Positions 60,123-64,000 of a DNA stretch of 64,000 nt are shown here, one piece after another. Source of the stretch: Bacteroidota bacterium (lineage in GTDB: Bacteria; Bacteroidota; Rhodothermia; Rhodothermales; UBA10348); the NCBI GenBank assembly GCA_027622005.1, contig JAQBZH010000001.1, positions 24,329 through 88,328 of the forward strand, in the 5' to 3' direction. A program made the translations under genes and the position numbers. Below the pieces are notes generated by a model. That model made no database searches. It had not been told where the DNA came from and worked only from the letters and a program-made list of their open reading frames with translations. Each line of letters starts with the position of its first letter. The first letter of the stretch is position 1.

Positions 60123-60899
60123 TTAAGAGAGGTCCAGTTCCAAAAATCGGGCGATCGACTTAAGATAAGCCTCAGGTCGTTCTAGATGGACAATGTGACC
60201 AGCACCTTCAGCTATAAATAGTTGAACCTGAGTCGAACTATGCGCCCATTCCCGGCCGACTTGTACATACTTTTGATCTTCTTCTCCTGCAATAAACAAC
60301 GTAGGATGACGCAGGAGGAGTTGTGAATCCTGTTGGCCAAGCGAGTATCCAACCATGGCCCGAGCTAGCTTCTCGGGGTCATTTTGCCTGTTCAAGAGCT
60401 GTTTTAGAGCAAGATGACCGCGTAGCGATGTGAAGACCGATTGTTCGTACCACTCGCCCAGTACCAAAGGCCAGTTATTTTTGAATTTTTCGGCCCATTG
60501 CTCGTCGCTTTTCAACCTATCAGCTCGAGCTTGTTCATCTTGAAGGCCCGGATGGCCCGATTCCACAACCATCTTTCGCACCCGATCGGGGTATTGATGG
60601 GCAAAATGAAGGGCAACTCGGCCGCCCAACGAGTACCCAACCAAGTCGACCACAGGTATCGCCTGAGCTGTAATCACTTCCTCGATGGCCTCACTCGTCT
60701 TGTTAAACCAGGGCTCATTCCCAGAGAGAACGGCCGATTCACCGTGCCCCGGAAGGTCTATTCCGAACGATGGAGCATCCAATCGGGATGCGAGGCTCTC
60801 CCATTCAGTGGCCTTTCCCATAAAGCCGTGGATAAATAGGACGGGCGTTTTTGGCGCCCCGCCATGTGCGAACGATGTGACTTTAAGCCCGGACATCAA
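60123..60899 (-). CDS. menH: 2-succinyl-6-hydroxy-2,4-cyclohexadiene-1-carboxylate synthase
   Basis: 258 aa. Alpha/beta hydrolase with a GYSLGGR elbow and a GHIVHLE C-terminal His. Located in the men operon. Confidence 0.85.
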   Translation of the reverse strand: MMSGLKVTSFAHGGAPKTPVLFIHGFMGKATEWESLASRLDAPSFGIDLPGHGESAVLSGNEPWFNKTSEAIEEVITAQAIPVVDLVGYSLGGRVALHFAHQYPDRVRKMVVESGHPGLQDEQARADRLKSDEQWAEKFKNNWPLVLGEWYEQSVFTSLRGHLALKQLLNRQNDPEKLARAMVGYSLGQQDSQLLLRHPTLFIAGEEDQKYVQVGREWAHSSTQVQLFIAEGAGHIVHLERPEAYLKSIARFLELDLS

Positions 60900-61306
60900 C
60901 CCTCAGGATTCATTTTCACCGGCTTACCAAACAGCGCCTTGCCTTCTTTCGTGTGCGCGCAGGGGTAATCTTTTTCGACGATAATGGTCAGCGCGTCACG
61001 GTTTGGGTGCCCCGGTTGAACCACGTCGAATTCGAACCCGACTATATTGTTAGAAAACCAATCTTCCGTCCAAAATCGTGGAAACTCGACCTTGATGTAA
61101 GAGTGGTCTAGTTCGACGGTTGGGTTGACCTTATCCGGGCCCGCATCTAGGATGCCGCCCGAGCTGCCCGTCAAATAGATAGAAAATCCCAAAATGGAGT
61201 GGCCCACCACCATTTCTGAAGATATACTCCCCGAACTGAGCAAGTCTGCGACTTCTGCCTCGGACAAGCGAAAGCGAAGATGGTTGTCGTGGATGCGAAT
61301 TTTCAT
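60896..61306 (-). CDS. uncharacterised protein encoded inside the men operon
   Basis: 136 aa with no recognised motif. Its stop TGA shares a base with the menH ATG (TGATG). It starts 13 nt after the menD stop. Confidence 0.65.
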   Translation of the reverse strand: MKIRIHDNHLRFRLSEAEVADLLSSGSISSEMVVGHSILGFSIYLTGSSGGILDAGPDKVNPTVELDHSYIKVEFPRFWTEDWFSNNIVGFEFDVVQPGHPNRDALTIIVEKDYPCAHTKEGKALFGKPVKMNPEG

Positions 61307-61319
61307 GGGGTTACCCGGC

Positions 61320-63110
61320 TCAACGGTTTGCCGGTCTAACAGCCGCCATTATTCGCTGATTCAAGGCGGAACTGAGGCGTTTGGCCTCGCTTAGATTCTC
61401 GTCCCGATCGGTAATAATCTCGACGATAGCCCCTTCAGCATTCGAAAATACCCGTTCTAATTCAGATTCCAGCGCCGAAATAGTAGCCGGATTCGAATAA
61501 TTCAAATGAAACATTTCGGCGGCCGAGCGGAATCCAAATCCGTGCGGAGTGCCAAAAAGGGGCTCAAAAAGATGTTCTGCTTGCCGAATTGGCAAGTACG
61601 AAAAAATCCCACCCCCATCGTTGTTGAGTACCACGACCACGGCCCCCGCCGATGCACACATCGCGAGTGAATTTAAATCGTGCAGCAGTGCGAGATCTCC
61701 CAAAAACACAACGGGACGTTTCTTTAAACCGATGGCAAATCCAATCGCCGACGCGACAGTACCGTCAATCCCGCTGGCCCCGCGGTTGGTCAATACCGAT
61801 ACCATCTCCCCATGAAGATCCGCAAACGAATCCATGTGACGAACGGGATTACTAGACCCAAGTGTCAATGCGCACGACGATGGAATGAGGCGGCTCAACA
61901 CCGTGGCCGAAGCTTGCTCCGTCAATGGTCCGTTTTGCACTTCTTCTCTGAGCCACGAAGCGGTTATGGGTTTTAACGCTGCCCACGCGGATTGCCACGG
62001 GGAGAAATGCTTCGATTCGCTAGATGCATTTCTGCGACCATCCTGGGCCCAATCCATCAACAGTGAAACGGGGTCCGACTCGATTCGATGGGTGGTTTGG
62101 TGAGAGGAGTCAATCCGTCGTTTTCGATGATCAATGACCACATACTTCGACGGTTGCCTTTCGGCAAGTTGCCTCGCCAGCTTTTTTGAGAGTGGAGAGG
62201 CCCCGAATTGGATAACGACATCGGGGCAAAGATCTCGGACAACTTCGCTGGCAAGCAGACTGTCTAAATGAGCAATGCCATGACCGCTTGAGCCTAAGTG
62301 CCGGGCCGTACCAAGCCGGGCTTGTGAGCTGATATCAACCGAAAAAACGGCCCCTATTTGGTTGCAAATGGTGTTTGCGGCAGCTGCAATGTCCAATCCA
62401 TCACCAGAAAGTCTTCCCAGAACAAGGAGAATGCGGGACGACGTGGCCGTGAGAGTCCCAAGCAGTGATAAGTGGTCCGCATTGGAATGGTTGCTCGAGT
62501 ACGTTGTGAACGGGGCATCTTCCAATTCCCACTGTTCAAATCGGGTTGTTCGAATGGCCGAATAGGCCTCCTGCGAGAGCGCGAGGGGCTCCCGAAACAT
62601 GCAATTGACGTGTACGGGACCCGTTTTTGATCTAAAAACAGCTTGATCAATGGTGGTTAAGACAAACGTAGGATCAATGTCATCGGTTGGAGCTGGCATA
62701 TCAAAAAACCACCGAACAGAATGTCCAAAAATGTGGTTTTGGTCGATTGCCTGATTGGCGTCCGAATCGCGAAGCTCTGGAGGCCTGTCTGCTGTCAGCA
62801 AAATCAATGGAGTAGATTCCAAATCGGCTTCGATGACGGCCGGAAGGCCATTTGCCACTGCCGTACCAGACGTGGTTATCCATGCCGCTGGTTTTCCGGT
62901 TGCTTTGCCGTATCCAAGCGCTAGAAACGCTGAACCACGCTCGTCGAAGTGCATGGTTAGATGGCACTTTGGATGATCGAAGACGGCGGTGACCAAAGGC
63001 GTCGACCTTGAACCCGGCGATGCAAAAAAGGTCGTGACCCCAGAGCGCACCAGCTCTTCGACGATCAGATCGGCCCAGAATCGATTTCTATTTGGCGCTT
63101 TTGACTGCAA
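61320..63110 (-). CDS. menD: 2-succinyl-5-enolpyruvyl-6-hydroxy-3-cyclohexene-1-carboxylate synthase
   Basis: 596 aa. ThDP enzyme (NRFWADLIVEEL..., SPGSRSTPL, GASGIDG, GDLALLHDLNSL, NNDGGGIF). Confidence 0.93.
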   Translation of the reverse strand: MQSKAPNRNRFWADLIVEELVRSGVTTFFASPGSRSTPLVTAVFDHPKCHLTMHFDERGSAFLALGYGKATGKPAAWITTSGTAVANGLPAVIEADLESTPLILLTADRPPELRDSDANQAIDQNHIFGHSVRWFFDMPAPTDDIDPTFVLTTIDQAVFRSKTGPVHVNCMFREPLALSQEAYSAIRTTRFEQWELEDAPFTTYSSNHSNADHLSLLGTLTATSSRILLVLGRLSGDGLDIAAAANTICNQIGAVFSVDISSQARLGTARHLGSSGHGIAHLDSLLASEVVRDLCPDVVIQFGASPLSKKLARQLAERQPSKYVVIDHRKRRIDSSHQTTHRIESDPVSLLMDWAQDGRRNASSESKHFSPWQSAWAALKPITASWLREEVQNGPLTEQASATVLSRLIPSSCALTLGSSNPVRHMDSFADLHGEMVSVLTNRGASGIDGTVASAIGFAIGLKKRPVVFLGDLALLHDLNSLAMCASAGAVVVVLNNDGGGIFSYLPIRQAEHLFEPLFGTPHGFGFRSAAEMFHLNYSNPATISALESELERVFSNAEGAIVEIITDRDENLSEAKRLSSALNQRIMAAVRPANR

Positions 63111-64000
63111 GTCCCAGGATTTTCGTGAAATCGGTTATTTTTTGTTCTATCTCGAGCCATTCTGACCCGGGATCTGAACCTTTAACCAGGCCAGCGCCGG
63201 AAAATAAGGAAAGCGTCTTGTCGTGCAACACTCCACAACGAAGCGCCACCGCAAATTCTGCAGAATCGCGTCCCAGCCAACCAATTGGACCCGCATACCA
63301 TCCTCGATCAAAATCCTCCAAAGAGTCAATTGCGTGAAGGGCAATGTCTGTCGGTTCGCCACCAACGGCAGGCGTGGGGTGCAAAAGTTTGAGCAACTGA
63401 AGGTCAGTAATCCCTTCATACAGCGTCCCGGAAAGCCTTGAATAAAGGTGCCGTCCTCCCGCAAGCCGCATTTCCGATGCTACTTCATCCACAGCCACCG
63501 AATGACAGAGGTCTTGGAGGACGCTACGAATACGGTCTCGTACAAACGCGTGCTCACGCTGGTCTTTTTCACTTGCCAGAAGGGATGCGCAGTAAGCTTG
63601 ATCATCGTCCGAGGTGTCTCCCCTTGGCCGCGTTCCGGCTACAGCTTCGCTAAAAACTTCCCGTCCCCGTCTAAAAAAGAGGCGTTCGGGCGAAGCCCCT
63701 ATAAAGGAGCCTTGTTCGGATTCAAACAAAAAGTGGAAACAATTGGGCGTAGCTTCTTGCAACACATTGAGCAGTTCCACCGGGTCGGTGCTCTCCGCGA
63801 ACGAAAAATCGACACGCCGCGCCAAAACCACTTTCTGAAGGACGTCTCGATCAAAAGCATCCAGCGACCAACCCACCTGAGACTTCCATCCATCGAAACT
63901 CGGATTTACGACCCGAGAAATAGGAACGGGTGCTTTGTCTGTTGAAAATTGATCGGGAAAGACAAGCTCGTCTACTTGCTCAAGGAGGACATCCTTTAAG
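63088..64000 (-). CDS. menF: isochorismate synthase, 5' end beyond the window
   Basis: Chorismate-binding C-terminal motifs (LHPTPAVGGEP, DRGWYAGPIGW, AGAGLV). I translated the frame upstream of the listed GTG at 63876 and it stays open to base 64000. Confidence 0.88.
   Translation of the reverse strand, partial: LKDVLLEQVDELVFPDQFSTDKAPVPISRVVNPSFDGWKSQVGWSLDAFDRDVLQKVVLARRVDFSFAESTDPVELLNVLQEATPNCFHFLFESEQGSFIGASPERLFFRRGREVFSEAVAGTRPRGDTSDDDQAYCASLLASEKDQREHAFVRDRIRSVLQDLCHSVAVDEVASEMRLAGGRHLYSRLSGTLYEGITDLQLLKLLHPTPAVGGEPTDIALHAIDSLEDFDRGWYAGPIGWLGRDSAEFAVALRCGVLHDKTLSLFSGAGLVKGSDPGSEWLEIEQKITDFTKILGLAVKSAK

Noticed and set aside
1-64000. CRISPR arrays, tRNA/rRNA genes, IS elements, integrases, phage or defence-system genes
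   Set aside because: I scanned all intergenic gaps longer than 40 nt by eye and read all ORFs of 60 aa or more. I found no repeat-spacer pattern, no cloverleaf-like sequence and no transposase, integrase, nuclease-helicase or toxin-antitoxin signatures. A computational scan (tRNAscan-SE, Infernal, a CRISPR finder) would be needed to be definitive.

Overview
The window is a densely coded (~90%) chromosomal segment of about 50% GC. It probably comes from an FCB-group bacterium (Bacteroidota / Rhodothermota / Balneolota-like). That placement is an inference from a T9SS C-terminal sorting domain, a PorV-family barrel, a CarboxypepD_reg-type TonB-dependent receptor, bacillithiol-type redox genes and usable Shine-Dalgarno sites. 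I saw no rRNA, tRNA, CRISPR array, transposase or integrase.

Most genes are housekeeping:
- A complete trp operon (trpE-orf-trpS-trpG-D-C-F-B-A) preceded by a WWW leader peptide and a terminator/antiterminator attenuator.
- A menaquinone operon (menF-D-orf-H-B-A-C-E).
- metH, tkt, serA, sucD, aroK, aroA and a partial ccmBCDE cluster.
- mgtE, rsmA, bioY, murB, truA, tadA, tatA and add.

The one clearly non-housekeeping locus, and the best candidate for an undescribed system, is a co-directional minus-strand module at about 24.8-35.7 kb. It has a near-consensus promoter and a ~455-nt leader, followed by four genes:
- a 1145-aa TonB-dependent receptor;
- a 1154-aa secreted protein of unknown fold with a T9SS C-terminal domain;
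- its own PorV-family outer-membrane barrel;
- after a hairpin that abuts the next start codon, a heptahaem cytochrome c-TPR lipoprotein.

Secondary points:
- trpS and an unknown ORF sit inside the attenuated trp operon.
- CcmE carries a CxxxY motif in place of HxxxY.
- A recQ-like gene is frameshifted and C-terminally short.
- metH contains an in-frame 12-nt tandem repeat.
- The men operon contains an uncharacterised, translationally coupled ORF.

All functional calls rest on motif recognition in the supplied translations. No database search was run.
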